Shown here: positions 50,860 to 60,180 of the stretch, piece by piece | How the letters are laid out: each line of letters opens with the position of its first letter | How positions within the stretch are numbered: position 1 is the first letter of the stretch | From: an uncultured delta proteobacterium | Lineage (GTDB): Bacteria > Desulfobacterota > Binatia > DP-6 | Length of the DNA: 64,000 nt | Direction of reading: 5' to 3' | Assembly: GCA_963815115.1 (NCBI GenBank) | Contig: CAWFFN010000008.1 | Coordinates: 480,001-544,000, forward strand | Position numbers and translations under genes: made by a program | The notes under the pieces: generated by a model | Seen by the model: only the letters and a program-made list of their open reading frames with translations | Databases searched by the model: none | What the model was told of the DNA's origin: nothing

Positions 50860-51202
50860 CAGCCGGGGCCTCGGGCTCCTGGAAGTCCTCGTGGCGCTCG
50901 TCGTCCTCGCGGTCGGCGTGACGGCCATGCAGCGCCTCGTGACCCGGAGCGTGGGCACGCTCGGAGAGGACCTGCGCCTGACGCGCGCGATGCTGGCGGC
51001 GCAGGCGCTGCTGGCGGAGGCGGCCCTCGCGCCACCCGAGCCGGGCGAGACGAACGGCAGCACCCCCGAGGGGCTGCGCTTCGAGCGCGCCGTCGCCCGC
51101 ACCCCCCATCCCGCCCTGCGCGAGATCCGCGTCCGGGTGTGGCCCGACGCCGGCGCCGCACCGTGCGAGCTCCTGGAGGTGGTTCATGTACCGCCGGCGT
51201 GA
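50834..51202 (+). CDS. gspI: Minor pseudopilin I
   Basis: GLGLLEVLVAL prepilin-like motif; 122 aa; L.EI.V.V. Confidence 0.75.
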   Translation: MRLASRRRSSRGLGLLEVLVALVVLAVGVTAMQRLVTRSVGTLGEDLRLTRAMLAAQALLAEAALAPPEPGETNGSTPEGLRFERAVARTPHPALREIRVRVWPDAGAAPCELLEVVHVPPA

Positions 51203-52082
51203 GCGCGGATTCGCGCTCCTCGGCGCCGTCATGGCCCTCTCCGCCCTCTCGCTGGTCGCGATGGGCCTGGCAACCGCTGCCGCCGTGGACCGGCGGCGGA
51301 CGGCCGATGCCATGGAGGGGCTGCAGGCGGACGCGCTGGTGCGCTCGGCGATCGCCACGGCGTCGGTCCTGCTCGCCGAGCAGGCTCGCGTGGGGGAGCC
51401 CGACACGCTGCGCGCTCCCTGGGCACATCGGTTCGGCCGCCAGGCGGTCGGCCCCGGCTGGGTGGAGGTCACCGTGGAGGACGAGACGCGCCGGCTCGAC
51501 CTGAATGCACCCGGAAGCGCGGTCGCCCTTCCCCGGCTGCTGCGCCGCCTCGGCCTCGACCCCGCGCTCGCCGACGCCGTCGCCGACTGGACCGACGCCG
51601 ACGACGAGGCGCGGCCTCACGGGGCCGAGCGGGCATGGTACCGGCGGCAGAAGCCGCCGGTCGAGCCGCCCAACGCGCCGCTCGCGAGCGTCGGCGAGCT
51701 CGCGCTGCTGCGCGGCGCGGAGCCCGCGATGGTCGAGCGCCTGCGCCCGTTCGTCAGCGTCGCGGGCGAGGCACGCATCAACCCCAACACCGCCTCGCCC
51801 GAGGTCCTGGAGGCGTGGCTGGGCGATCCGCAGCGCGCCCAGGACATCCTCGCCCAGCGGGCCGCCGACGTCCTGGTGCCATGTGACGATCTGCCGCCGT
51901 GCACGCTGCACGCGCAGCACTACCTGGTGCGGGCGCTCGCGGGCGCGGGCCGCACGCGGCGTCGGGTCGAGGCGCTGGTGTGGGTCGCCGGGGGCGAGCC
52001 GCGCACGACGGCCTGGCGCCAGATTACGGCGCCCCGAGACTCCGTCTCGGGGCGGACGGAGAGCGAGAGTGGAACACGGTGA
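51186..52082 (+). CDS. gspK: Minor pseudopilin K
   Basis: RGFALL, DE...LDLN, DW.D.D.....GAE..WY, EL.LLRG, INPNTA; C-terminal tail comes from the repeat. Confidence 0.88.
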   Translation: MYRRRERGFALLGAVMALSALSLVAMGLATAAAVDRRRTADAMEGLQADALVRSAIATASVLLAEQARVGEPDTLRAPWAHRFGRQAVGPGWVEVTVEDETRRLDLNAPGSAVALPRLLRRLGLDPALADAVADWTDADDEARPHGAERAWYRRQKPPVEPPNAPLASVGELALLRGAEPAMVERLRPFVSVAGEARINPNTASPEVLEAWLGDPQRAQDILAQRAADVLVPCDDLPPCTLHAQHYLVRALAGAGRTRRRVEALVWVAGGEPRTTAWRQITAPRDSVSGRTESESGTR

Positions 52083-52300
52083 AGAGTGCAGGCGTCGTGC
52101 CGCGGCCGGCAGAGCCGGCGCGGCAAACGTGCCGGAGGGCAAAGCTCTCACCGAGGTCCGCGCTCGCACGCGGCCGACGACGATTCGAGCCGCGCGCGTG
52201 CCATGTTTTGCCGCGCCGGCTTCGCCGGCCGCGGCACGGCGTTCGCACGATCCACGAGCGCCCCACACCGCTCTCGCCCCGAGACGAAGTCTCGGGGCGA
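52030..52300. repeat. REPIN/MITE-like palindromic element, copy 4 (long form, ~271 bp)
   Basis: CGCCCCGAGAC-TCC-GTCTCGGGGCG ... TCGCCCCGAGAC-GAA-GTCTCGGGGCGA; nested inverted repeat 52088-52128/52207-52246; the 40-nt right arm is identical to 6349-6388. Confidence 0.85.
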
Positions 52301-52302
52301 TG

Positions 52303-53583
52303 TTAGGCGCCTCGCAGCGCCGGCAGCCCGAAGCGCTCGCGCAGGACGCGCAGCAGGGCCGCGTTGTCGGAGTGTCCCGTCTTGCGCGCCACGACCCGAC
52401 CCCGGATGGGACGTCCGAGGAGGTAGAAGTCGCCCAGCACGTCGAGGATCTTGTGGCGCACGAACTCGTCCGGGAAGCGCAGGGGGGCGTTCACCACCCC
52501 TTCGTCGCCGACCAGGATGAAGTTGTTCAGGCGACCCCCGTTCGCCAGCCCCATCTCCTCCAGGGTCTCGATCTCCTTGACGAACCCGAAGGTCCGGGCG
52601 GGCGCGATCTCGCGCCGGAAGGTGGCCGCGTCGGAGAGCCGGAAATCGTACTCCTGATGGCCGATCGGCGGCGGATATTCGAGCGTGTAGTGGACCTCGA
52701 AGCGATCCGCGGGCTCGATGCTGATGCCCTTCTCCTGCTGATCGTCGCCCACCGCGTAGCGCCGGTCGATCACGAGCTCGTCGACCGTCTCGGGCTGCTC
52801 GACCACGCCGCCTTCCTCCAGGAGCGCGCACAGCTCGGCGGCCGACCCGTCGAGCGCCGGCACCTCCGCGTGCATCTTCACCAGCAGGTTGGTGATGCCG
52901 TGCGCGTGGAGCGCCGCCATCAGATGCTCGACGGTCTTGGCGACCATGCCGCCGCGGACCAGCGTGGTGGCGTACCCGGTCGAGGCGACGTGATCGATCA
53001 AGGCGGGGACGATCTCGCCGCTCGCGATGCTCTCGAAGACGATGCCGCTCCCGGGGGGCAGCGGCTGCAGGATGATGCCCGTCCGCACTCCGGAGTGGAG
53101 GCCCTGGCCGTTCACCACCACGCCCCGCCGGATGGTCCGCTGCGGCAGCCGCCGCGGCAGAGCGAGGCTGGGCATGGAGCCGGTGGCACCAGCCGCCACC
53201 GATGCACTCGGGGGCGAGAGGCGCTCGTCGAGCGCACGGCCCACGACGCGCAGGAGCGCGTCGAGCTGGAAGGGCTTCTCGAGGAAATCGAAGGCGCCGT
53301 CGCGGATCACTCGCACGGCGGTCTCGATGGTGCCGTGTCCCGAGATCACGATGATGGGCACGCCGGGCGCCTGCGTCCGCATCTGCTGGACCAGCTCGAT
53401 GCCGTCCATCTCGGGCATCCAGATGTCCACGATGGCGAGCCGGGGCTCCTGCTGCGCGAGCACGTCGAGCGCGATACGGCCGTTCTCGGCCTCGACGACG
53501 TCGAAGCCCTCGTCGGAGAGCACCCCGCGCAGCGTGTTCCGGATCTGTGCCTCGTCGTCCACCACCAAGATCGTCTCCGCCAT
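52303..53583 (-). CDS. lpxC: Receiver (REC) domain fused to UDP-3-O-acyl-GlcNAc deacetylase LpxC
   Basis: aa 1-120 REC (VDDE, D53 in DIWMP, ISGHG, FLEKP); aa ~148-426 LpxC (QRTI...G.GLHSG, TVEHLMAAL, EVPALDGSA, ARTFGF, HKILD..GD, GH..N); SD GAGGAGG. Confidence 0.92.
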   Translation of the reverse strand: MAETILVVDDEAQIRNTLRGVLSDEGFDVVEAENGRIALDVLAQQEPRLAIVDIWMPEMDGIELVQQMRTQAPGVPIIVISGHGTIETAVRVIRDGAFDFLEKPFQLDALLRVVGRALDERLSPPSASVAAGATGSMPSLALPRRLPQRTIRRGVVVNGQGLHSGVRTGIILQPLPPGSGIVFESIASGEIVPALIDHVASTGYATTLVRGGMVAKTVEHLMAALHAHGITNLLVKMHAEVPALDGSAAELCALLEEGGVVEQPETVDELVIDRRYAVGDDQQEKGISIEPADRFEVHYTLEYPPPIGHQEYDFRLSDAATFRREIAPARTFGFVKEIETLEEMGLANGGRLNNFILVGDEGVVNAPLRFPDEFVRHKILDVLGDFYLLGRPIRGRVVARKTGHSDNAALLRVLRERFGLPALRGA

Positions 53584-53592
53584 AACCCCTCC

Positions 53593-55868
53593 TCAGGATC
53601 CGTACGCGCCGAGGCGCGCGCGCGCCACCAGCTGAGCCGGCTGGCTCCGGACCGGGAACTCGAGAATGAATCGCGTGCCGCGCGGCAGGTTGTCGCGGAC
53701 GCGGATGAAGCCCTTGTGATCGGCGACGATCGTCGAGACGATCGACAGCCCCAGTCCCGTTCCGTCCGGCTTGGTCGAGAAATACGGCTCGAAGAGCCGC
53801 GTGCGTGCTTCCGCCGTCATGCCGATGCCGTCGTCGGCGATCTCGAGCCGCACGACGCCGAGCCGCGCGTCGTGCGCCGTCCGCAGCTCCACGCGTCGGC
53901 GCTCGTCGGGTCTGCTCCTCGGACGGGCCGCACAGGCGGCGACCGCGTTGTCGAGGATGTTGATGACCGCGCGCTTCATGCCCTCGCGATCGAGCTCGAG
54001 CAGCGGCAGCTCCGCTTCCGCCTCGAGGACGAAGTCGATGGTGGGATGCCCCTCCCGGAAGAGCACCAGGGCCTCCTCGACGACGCGGTTCAGGTCGTGC
54101 GGCCGGTGCTCCGCCTGCGGCATCCGCGCGAAGGTCGAGAACTCGTTCACCAGCGCCTTCAGCTCCTCGACCTGCTGGATGATGGTGCGGGTGCACTCGT
54201 CGAACACGGCCCCGTCCTGGCGGAGCTGGCCGCCGTAGCGGCGGCGCAGGCGTTGGGCCGCGAGCTGGATCGGCGTGAGCGGATTCTTGATCTCGTGAGC
54301 GATGCGGCGCGCGACCTCGCGCCAGGCTTCCATGCGCTCGACGCGCAGCAGGTAGGTGACGTCCTCGAGGAACAGGACGACGCCCTGCGCCTGTCCGGCC
54401 TCGTCCTGGAGACCGGTGCCCGCGAGCAAGGCCGCCACCTCGGCGCCGTCCCCGCGCACCAGCGTGAGCTGGCGCTCGAGCGTCCCCCGCTGGCCAGCAG
54501 CTCGGCCAGCGCCGGCCGGAGCTCCGCGTGCGCCTCGCCCGCGAACAGGTCACCCAGCGGGCGGCCCACGGCCGCGGTGGCATCAAGACCGAGCAGCTCT
54601 GCCGCCCCGCGGTTGAGCGTGGTCACGCGACCGCGCGGGTCGGCGGAGATGACGCCGGCGGTGATGTTGGCGAGCACGATCTCCAGGTCGCGGCGGCGCG
54701 CATCGAGCTCCGTGCGGCTGGTCTTCAGGTCCGCCGTCATGTGGTTGAACGCCGTCACCAGCGTCCCGATCTCGTCGTCCCCCTGGCCGGGGATGTACTG
54801 GTCGAGGTCGCCCTGGGCGACGGCCCGCGTGCCCTCCGCGAGCTTCTGGATCGGCACCGTGATGCCGCGGGCGACGTAGAATCCCACCCAGGTGGCGGAG
54901 AAGAGGATGACGACCGTGACCAGGACGAGCGTGATCGTGTAGGCGGTGCGGATCGGACGGCGCTGCACCTTGAGCCGCAGGTACTCGCCGAAGGAGCGGT
55001 CGATCTCCTCGCGGCGCTTGACCACGCTCCGCGGCACGTAGTCGTCGACCACGACCACCCCGGTGACGTGACCGTCGTGCTGGATCGGGGCGGCCGCGCG
55101 GATGACGTCGGCCTCGCCCACCGCGTCGACGCCGGTGGCTTCCTCACCGGTGGACGCGCGCCGGACCACGTCGGACCACGCTTCCACGCCGACCTTGCCG
55201 GAGAGATCCGGACGACGGGCGCGAGCAAGGGTCTGCCCGTCGGCGAACACCTCCATCAGGTCGATCTGGTACTCCGTCCGGCGCTGGGCGAGAAACCCCT
55301 TGAGCGCGGGGCGGCGCTCGGGCTCGAGAAGCCGGTTCTGCTCGAGCTGGGCCGCGGTCTCGCGGGCGAACCCGAGCGAGGTGTCCGCGAGATCCTCGTA
55401 GTAGGCGTGCGCGACGTCGAGCGATCCCTCGAGGGCACGCTCCACCTGCCCGTTGAACCAGTCCTCGATCGAGTTGCTCAGGAACACCTGCGCCACCAGG
55501 AAGAGCAGCGTCGCTGGCAGGATGGCGATGCCGACGAAGGCGACCACCAGCCGGGTGCGCAGGTGCGAGCCCATGATGCGCCGCCGGCGGTCGAGGATGA
55601 GCTTCACGATGTTGCGGCCCACCAGGAAGACCAGGAGGACGAGCAGGATGAGGTTCAGGTTGATGAGCAGGACGAGGACCGCGTCCGTGCCGAGGGAGCC
55701 GCGGCCCGCGAACTGCGGAAGGCGCGTCTCGACGAGCGCGAAGGCGACCACCGCGAGCGCCGTCGCCAGGATGATGAAACCCTCGCGCCGTCGCCTGCGG
55801 ACGTCGGCCTGCTGCGCCGTGTTGGACGCTGGCGCCATCACGGGCGCCTGGTCGGGCCGGTCCGGCAT
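53593..55868 (-). CDS. ntrY: NtrY-like sensor histidine kinase, interrupted by a 1-nt frameshift near 54484-54488
   Basis: TMs-periplasmic-HAMP-PAS in ORF 54159..55907; EVARRIAHEIKNPLTPIQL and FEPYFSTK..GTGLGL in ORF 53593..54459; adding one base to the 5-nt run joins them as ...ASGGTLERQLTLVRGDG... Confidence 0.85.
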
Positions 55869-55878
55869 GAACGCGCCG

Positions 55879-55907
55879 ATGATAGGGGCGTCCGGATGCG
55901 AAGGCAA
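55879..55907 (-). promoter_or_regulatory. Sigma70 promoter of the kinase / REC-LpxC operon
   Basis: TTGCCT-N17-TATCAT, 10 nt before ATG 55868. Confidence 0.6.
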
Positions 55908-55952
55908 GGCGCCTTCGTTCGGCTAAGTGCCTGAAATGGCTGTGTTCTGCTT

Positions 55953-56168
55953 CTAGCGCCGAAAGAAGAGATTCAACAGGATGGTCAGCACGATGCTCAC
56001 CACCAGCGAGGTGGCGATCGGCACGTAGAAGGTGAAGCGCTCGCGCTCCACGACGATGTCGCCGGGGAGCCGCCCGAGCCAGGGAATGCGCGGCAGAAGC
56101 AGCAGGACGGCGCCGGCGACGATCGCGGCGACGCCGAAGAGGACGAGGAGCCGTCCGACGCCGGCCAT
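55953..56168 (-). CDS. DUF2905 small membrane protein
   Basis: LGRLPGDI......F.FY.PI.TS...S..LT. Confidence 0.88.
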   Translation of the reverse strand: MAGVGRLLVLFGVAAIVAGAVLLLLPRIPWLGRLPGDIVVERERFTFYVPIATSLVVSIVLTILLNLFFRR

Positions 56169-56220
56169 GGCTCCGCCTTGCCATCGGCCGGGGACTGCGG
56201 CAAGCCCGGCGGGAGCCCAT

Positions 56221-56247
56221 CGTAACCTTTCGCCCCCGCCGGACGTG
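56221..56247 (+). promoter_or_regulatory. Candidate ECF sigma promoter
   Basis: GTAACC-N16-CGTG upstream of the oxidoreductase-ECF operon. Confidence 0.4.
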
Positions 56248-56285
56248 GTCGGGATGAACGCTCCAGCCCGAGGAGGGGACCTGCG

Positions 56286-57596
56286 ATGCAGCGAACGACC
56301 GGTGACGACACGATCGTGGTGGTGGGCGGCGGCCTGTGCGGGCTCACCGCGGCCGCCTTTCTCGCCCGCTCCGGATGCGCCGTGACGGTGCTCGAGCGCG
56401 CCGCCTCCGCCGGCGGCCGGGCCGTCACCAGGCGAAGCGCCGGGTTTGCCCTGAACCTGGGACCGCACGCGCTCTACCGCGGCGGCCACGGTATTCGCGT
56501 GCTCGACGAGCTCGGCGTGGCACATCCGGGCGGCACGCCGAAGGCGTCCGGCGCCTGCGCCATCGACCGCGGCGCGATGCACGGCCTCCCGGGCGGGTTC
56601 GTCTCCCTCCTGACGACAGGACTCTTCGGTCTCTCCGCCAAGCTCGAGACCGGGCGGTTGCTCGGCGGCATCGCCCGCATCGACGCCGGCGCCCTGAATC
56701 ACACCTCGGTTCGCGACTGGGTCGATGCACGCGTGCGCCATCCCGACGTCCGCCGTCTCGTGCACGCGCTCGTCCGTCTCGCCACCTACGCCGACGCGCC
56801 CGACACCATGAGCGCCGGGCTCGCGATTGGGCAGCTCCAGATGGCGCTGGCGAGCAACGTCAGCTACCTCGACGGCGGCTGGCAAACGCTGGTCGACGGG
56901 ATGCGCGCGCGCGCCGAGGAAGCCGGCGCCCGGGTCCGGACCGCGGCGGCCGTGACCGCCGTCGAGCGCAGCGCCGACGGTACCGCCATCGGCGTGCGCC
57001 TGCGCGACGGCGAGCTCGTCGGGGCAGGCGCCGTCGTGCTCGCGCTCGACGCTCCGGCGGCCGCCGAGGTGCTACCCGACGGTCCCGCACGCCGGCGTGC
57101 CGCGACGGCGGTCCCGGTGCTCGCCGGTTGCCTGGACGTGGCGCTGTCACGCCTGCCGCGGCCGCAGGCGACCTTCGCGCTCGGCATCGACCGGCCGCTC
57201 TACTTCTCCGTGCACTCGGCGGTGGCACGGCTCGCGCCCGAGGGCGGGGCGCTCATCCACGTCGGGCAGTACCTGGGGGACGGCGCGCAGGAGCCCGAGA
57301 TGGTCGAGCGCCAGCTCGAGGACGCGCTCGACCGCATGCAGCCGGGGTGGCGCGCGCACGTCGTGGAGCGGCGCTTCCTGCCGCGCATGGTCGCGGTGAG
57401 CGCGCTCGCGACCGCCGCCGAGGGCGGCCTCGCCGGACGCCCCGGCGCCGAAGTCCCCGAGGCACCCGGCCTCTACCTGGCCGGCGACTGGGTGGGGCCG
57501 GACGGCTGGCTGGTGGATGCCAGCCTGGCGAGCGCCCGCCACGCCGCGGCGCTCGCCGCCCGACGCGTGGGCCGACGGGCCGCTGCGGCCGCGTGA
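56286..57596 (+). CDS. FAD-dependent oxidoreductase (phytoene desaturase/amine oxidase-like)
   Basis: VVGGGLCGL, LER....GGRA, NLGPHALY, YLDGGWQ, LAGDWVG. Confidence 0.85.
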   Translation: MQRTTGDDTIVVVGGGLCGLTAAAFLARSGCAVTVLERAASAGGRAVTRRSAGFALNLGPHALYRGGHGIRVLDELGVAHPGGTPKASGACAIDRGAMHGLPGGFVSLLTTGLFGLSAKLETGRLLGGIARIDAGALNHTSVRDWVDARVRHPDVRRLVHALVRLATYADAPDTMSAGLAIGQLQMALASNVSYLDGGWQTLVDGMRARAEEAGARVRTAAAVTAVERSADGTAIGVRLRDGELVGAGAVVLALDAPAAAEVLPDGPARRRAATAVPVLAGCLDVALSRLPRPQATFALGIDRPLYFSVHSAVARLAPEGGALIHVGQYLGDGAQEPEMVERQLEDALDRMQPGWRAHVVERRFLPRMVAVSALATAAEGGLAGRPGAEVPEAPGLYLAGDWVGPDGWLVDASLASARHAAALAARRVGRRAAAAA

Positions 57597-57603
57597 GAGC
57601 GCG

Positions 57604-58530
57604 GTGAGCGCGAGCCCCGTCGTCCTCGGCACCGCATTCCGGGCCCACGAGCGCCCGCTCTGGAACCTCTGCTACCGCATGACGGGCGTTGCCGCCGACG
57701 CCGACGATCTCGTGCAGGAGACCTTCCTGCGCGCCATCGAGCGGCCTCCCGCTCGAACCGACACCGATCTGCGACCCTGGCTCGTGCACGTCGCCATGAA
57801 CCTCGCCCGCGATCTCCTGCGGCGGCGGCGCCGGCACGCGCAGCCGGGACCGTGGCTGCCCTCGCCGATCGAGACCGGCGAGGACGCGTCGCCCGCCTAC
57901 GAGCCGTCGCGGACCGAGGGGCGCTACGACCTCCTCGAGAGCTGCACCTTCGCCTTCCTGCTCGCCCTCGAAGCGCTCACGCCGCAGCAGCGCGCCGTGC
58001 TCCTCCTGCGCGACGTGTTCGACTACTCCGTCGAGCAGACCGCGACGGCGCTCGATCTCTCCGCCGCCAACGTCAAGACGACGCATCACCGCGCGCGCCG
58101 CTCCATGGCGGCATACGACACGAGCCGGCGGCCGCCGACGAAGGACCTGCAGGCCGAGACGCTCCGCGTGCTCGGCGAGTTCCTGCGTGCCCTGGCGCAG
58201 GGCGACGCGGCCGCCGTCGAGGCGACCCTCGCGAGCGACGTCCGCACCCTCACCGACGGCGGCGCCTTCCATGCGGCGCGCAAGCCGATCGTCGGGCGCG
58301 AGCGCGTTGCCCATTTCTACTGCCGTCTGTTCGAGCTCGGGGGCCGCGGCGCGCAGGTGTCGGTGCGGATGCTGAACGGCCTGCCCGCACTCGTCTTCGA
58401 CGCCGGACATGCGAGGCCCGGCTACCCGCCGCGCGGAATCATCCGCATCGACCTGGGCGACGACGGCGAGGTCCGCACGATCCACAGCGTGCTCGCCACG
58501 CCCAAGTTGACCGCCGTCCGCTTCCCCTGA
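57604..58530 (+). CDS. ECF41-like sigma factor with SnoaL-like C-terminal extension
   Basis: YRMTG..ADADD.VQE.F, GPWLPSP, LE.L...QRAV.LLRDVF, TDGG, PKL. Confidence 0.85.
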   Translation: MSASPVVLGTAFRAHERPLWNLCYRMTGVAADADDLVQETFLRAIERPPARTDTDLRPWLVHVAMNLARDLLRRRRRHAQPGPWLPSPIETGEDASPAYEPSRTEGRYDLLESCTFAFLLALEALTPQQRAVLLLRDVFDYSVEQTATALDLSAANVKTTHHRARRSMAAYDTSRRPPTKDLQAETLRVLGEFLRALAQGDAAAVEATLASDVRTLTDGGAFHAARKPIVGRERVAHFYCRLFELGGRGAQVSVRMLNGLPALVFDAGHARPGYPPRGIIRIDLGDDGEVRTIHSVLATPKLTAVRFP

Positions 58531-59246
58531 TGCACCCGGCTCCCGCGCCCGGCGGACCGCGCGTCGTCGCGCTCGTCGCGGCGGCCGTGGTGGCGGGATG
58601 TGTGGCGACCCGGTCTCCTCCGGCGAACACCCCGGGTGCGCTGTGGGAGATCGTGTCCCGCTGCGTCGACCGGGAGCACGCCGGCTACTGCACCTGCCCG
58701 GCCTTCGCGCTGTCGTGCTGCGGCGAGCCGGACACGCCCGACGCCGACGTGGTGTGGGCGCGGACGGCGGACTTCGTCGCCATCCGCGATCTCAAGATGT
58801 GCCACTGCCCGCCCGACTTCGCCGCCGGCCTCGCCCTCCCGCGCGTCCGTGTCTCCGGCATCGAGGACCCGCGCCGGCCCGACGGCATCTGGCCGTTCGC
58901 CTGGGACGCCGCGCGGACGCGCATCGCCGACGAGCGCGAGATCGGACTCGTCATCAACCCCGCCGATGCGCGGTCGCAGAACCAGATGCACGTGCACCTG
59001 CTGCGGCTGCGGCCGGAGGCGCGCCAGTGGCTCGACGGCAGGGCGCCGAGGCCGCCCGGGGTGCAGGTCGTCGCGCTGGCGAGTCTCGACGCGGTCTTCG
59101 CCGCCACCCTGGCGCGGGTCGGCGAGGCGCACATGCGAGACACCGGCGTGCTGGTCTCGCGCGGACGGGACGGCGGATGGCGAGCGGCGATCACCGACCG
59201 GGCGTCGCCACAGGCCTTCACGGTCAACCGCTGCGGGCCGCCGTAG
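58530..59246 (+). CDS. CDP-diacylglycerol pyrophosphatase-like (HIT) lipoprotein
   Basis: Lipobox VAGC, ALW.IV..C, VSGIEDP, W.AAR, IN....RSQNQMHVH. Confidence 0.7.
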   Translation: MHPAPAPGGPRVVALVAAAVVAGCVATRSPPANTPGALWEIVSRCVDREHAGYCTCPAFALSCCGEPDTPDADVVWARTADFVAIRDLKMCHCPPDFAAGLALPRVRVSGIEDPRRPDGIWPFAWDAARTRIADEREIGLVINPADARSQNQMHVHLLRLRPEARQWLDGRAPRPPGVQVVALASLDAVFAATLARVGEAHMRDTGVLVSRGRDGGWRAAITDRASPQAFTVNRCGPP

Positions 59247-59304
59247 CCACGCGCTGTCTCCCGGGACCCGACTCTGCTACCCCGGACGGCGGAGGGAGAG
59301 GCCC

Positions 59305-60138
59305 ATGTACCAGGAGATCATCTACGAGGTCGCCGATCCGGTCGCGACCGTGACGCTCAATCGCCCGCACGCGCTGAACGCGTGGACGACGCGCATGGGC
59401 GCCGAGGTGAAGCATGCGCTCGCGGCCGCCGAGGACGATCGACGCGTCGTGGCCATCGTCATCACCGGCGCGGGCCGAGGCTTCTGCTCCGGTGCCGATC
59501 TGAACGATCTGCGTGCGATCAGCCAGGGCGAGTCCCGTGCGGACGCGCCGGCCGAGCTCGCCGCCGACCCGGGCGATCCCACCATGGGCGAATCGTTCCG
59601 CGGCACCTACACCTACCCGCTCTCCATCCGGAAGCCGGTCGTCGCCGCCGTCAACGGTCCCACCGCCGGCATGGCGATCCCGATCGTCCTCGCCTGCGAC
59701 CTCCGCTTCGCTTCCGACCAGGCGAGCTTCACCACCGCCTTCTCGCGACGCGGGCTGGTCGCCGAGTGGGGGGTGAGCTGGCTGCTGCCGCGCGTCGTCG
59801 GCACGGCGCACGCGCTCGACCTCCTCTTCTCGGCGCGCAAGGTCGACGCCGCCGAGGCCGAGCGCATCGGGCTGGTGAATCGCGTCCTGCCGCACGCCGA
59901 GCTCCTGCCGTTCGTGCGGGCGTACGTGGAAGACATGGCGACCAACTGCTCGCCCGCATCGCTGGCGGCGATGAAGCGTCAGGTGTGGCGGGACTGGAGC
60001 CGCGAGCTGGGTCCGGTCGAGCGCGAGGCGATCCAGCTCATGGTGGAGAGCTTCCGGCGGCCGGACTTCGGCGAAGGCGTGCGCTCGTTCCTCGAGAAGC
60101 GCCCGCCACGTTTCGCGCGTCTGGGAAAAGGTGCCTAG
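59305..60138 (+). CDS. Enoyl-CoA hydratase/isomerase family protein
   Basis: LNRP..LNA, GRGFCSGADL, KPVVAAVNG, DF.EGV.SFLEKR.P.F. Confidence 0.92.
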   Translation: MYQEIIYEVADPVATVTLNRPHALNAWTTRMGAEVKHALAAAEDDRRVVAIVITGAGRGFCSGADLNDLRAISQGESRADAPAELAADPGDPTMGESFRGTYTYPLSIRKPVVAAVNGPTAGMAIPIVLACDLRFASDQASFTTAFSRRGLVAEWGVSWLLPRVVGTAHALDLLFSARKVDAAEAERIGLVNRVLPHAELLPFVRAYVEDMATNCSPASLAAMKRQVWRDWSRELGPVEREAIQLMVESFRRPDFGEGVRSFLEKRPPRFARLGKGA

Positions 60139-60180
60139 CCACCGCCGGAGCGCACGCAAAGCGATGCGGTCCCACGGCTG

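Noticed and set aside
56286-58530. Oxidoreductase + ECF41 sigma pair as novel
   Set aside because: ECF41-type factors are commonly encoded with oxidoreductase or carboxymuconolactone-decarboxylase-type genes.
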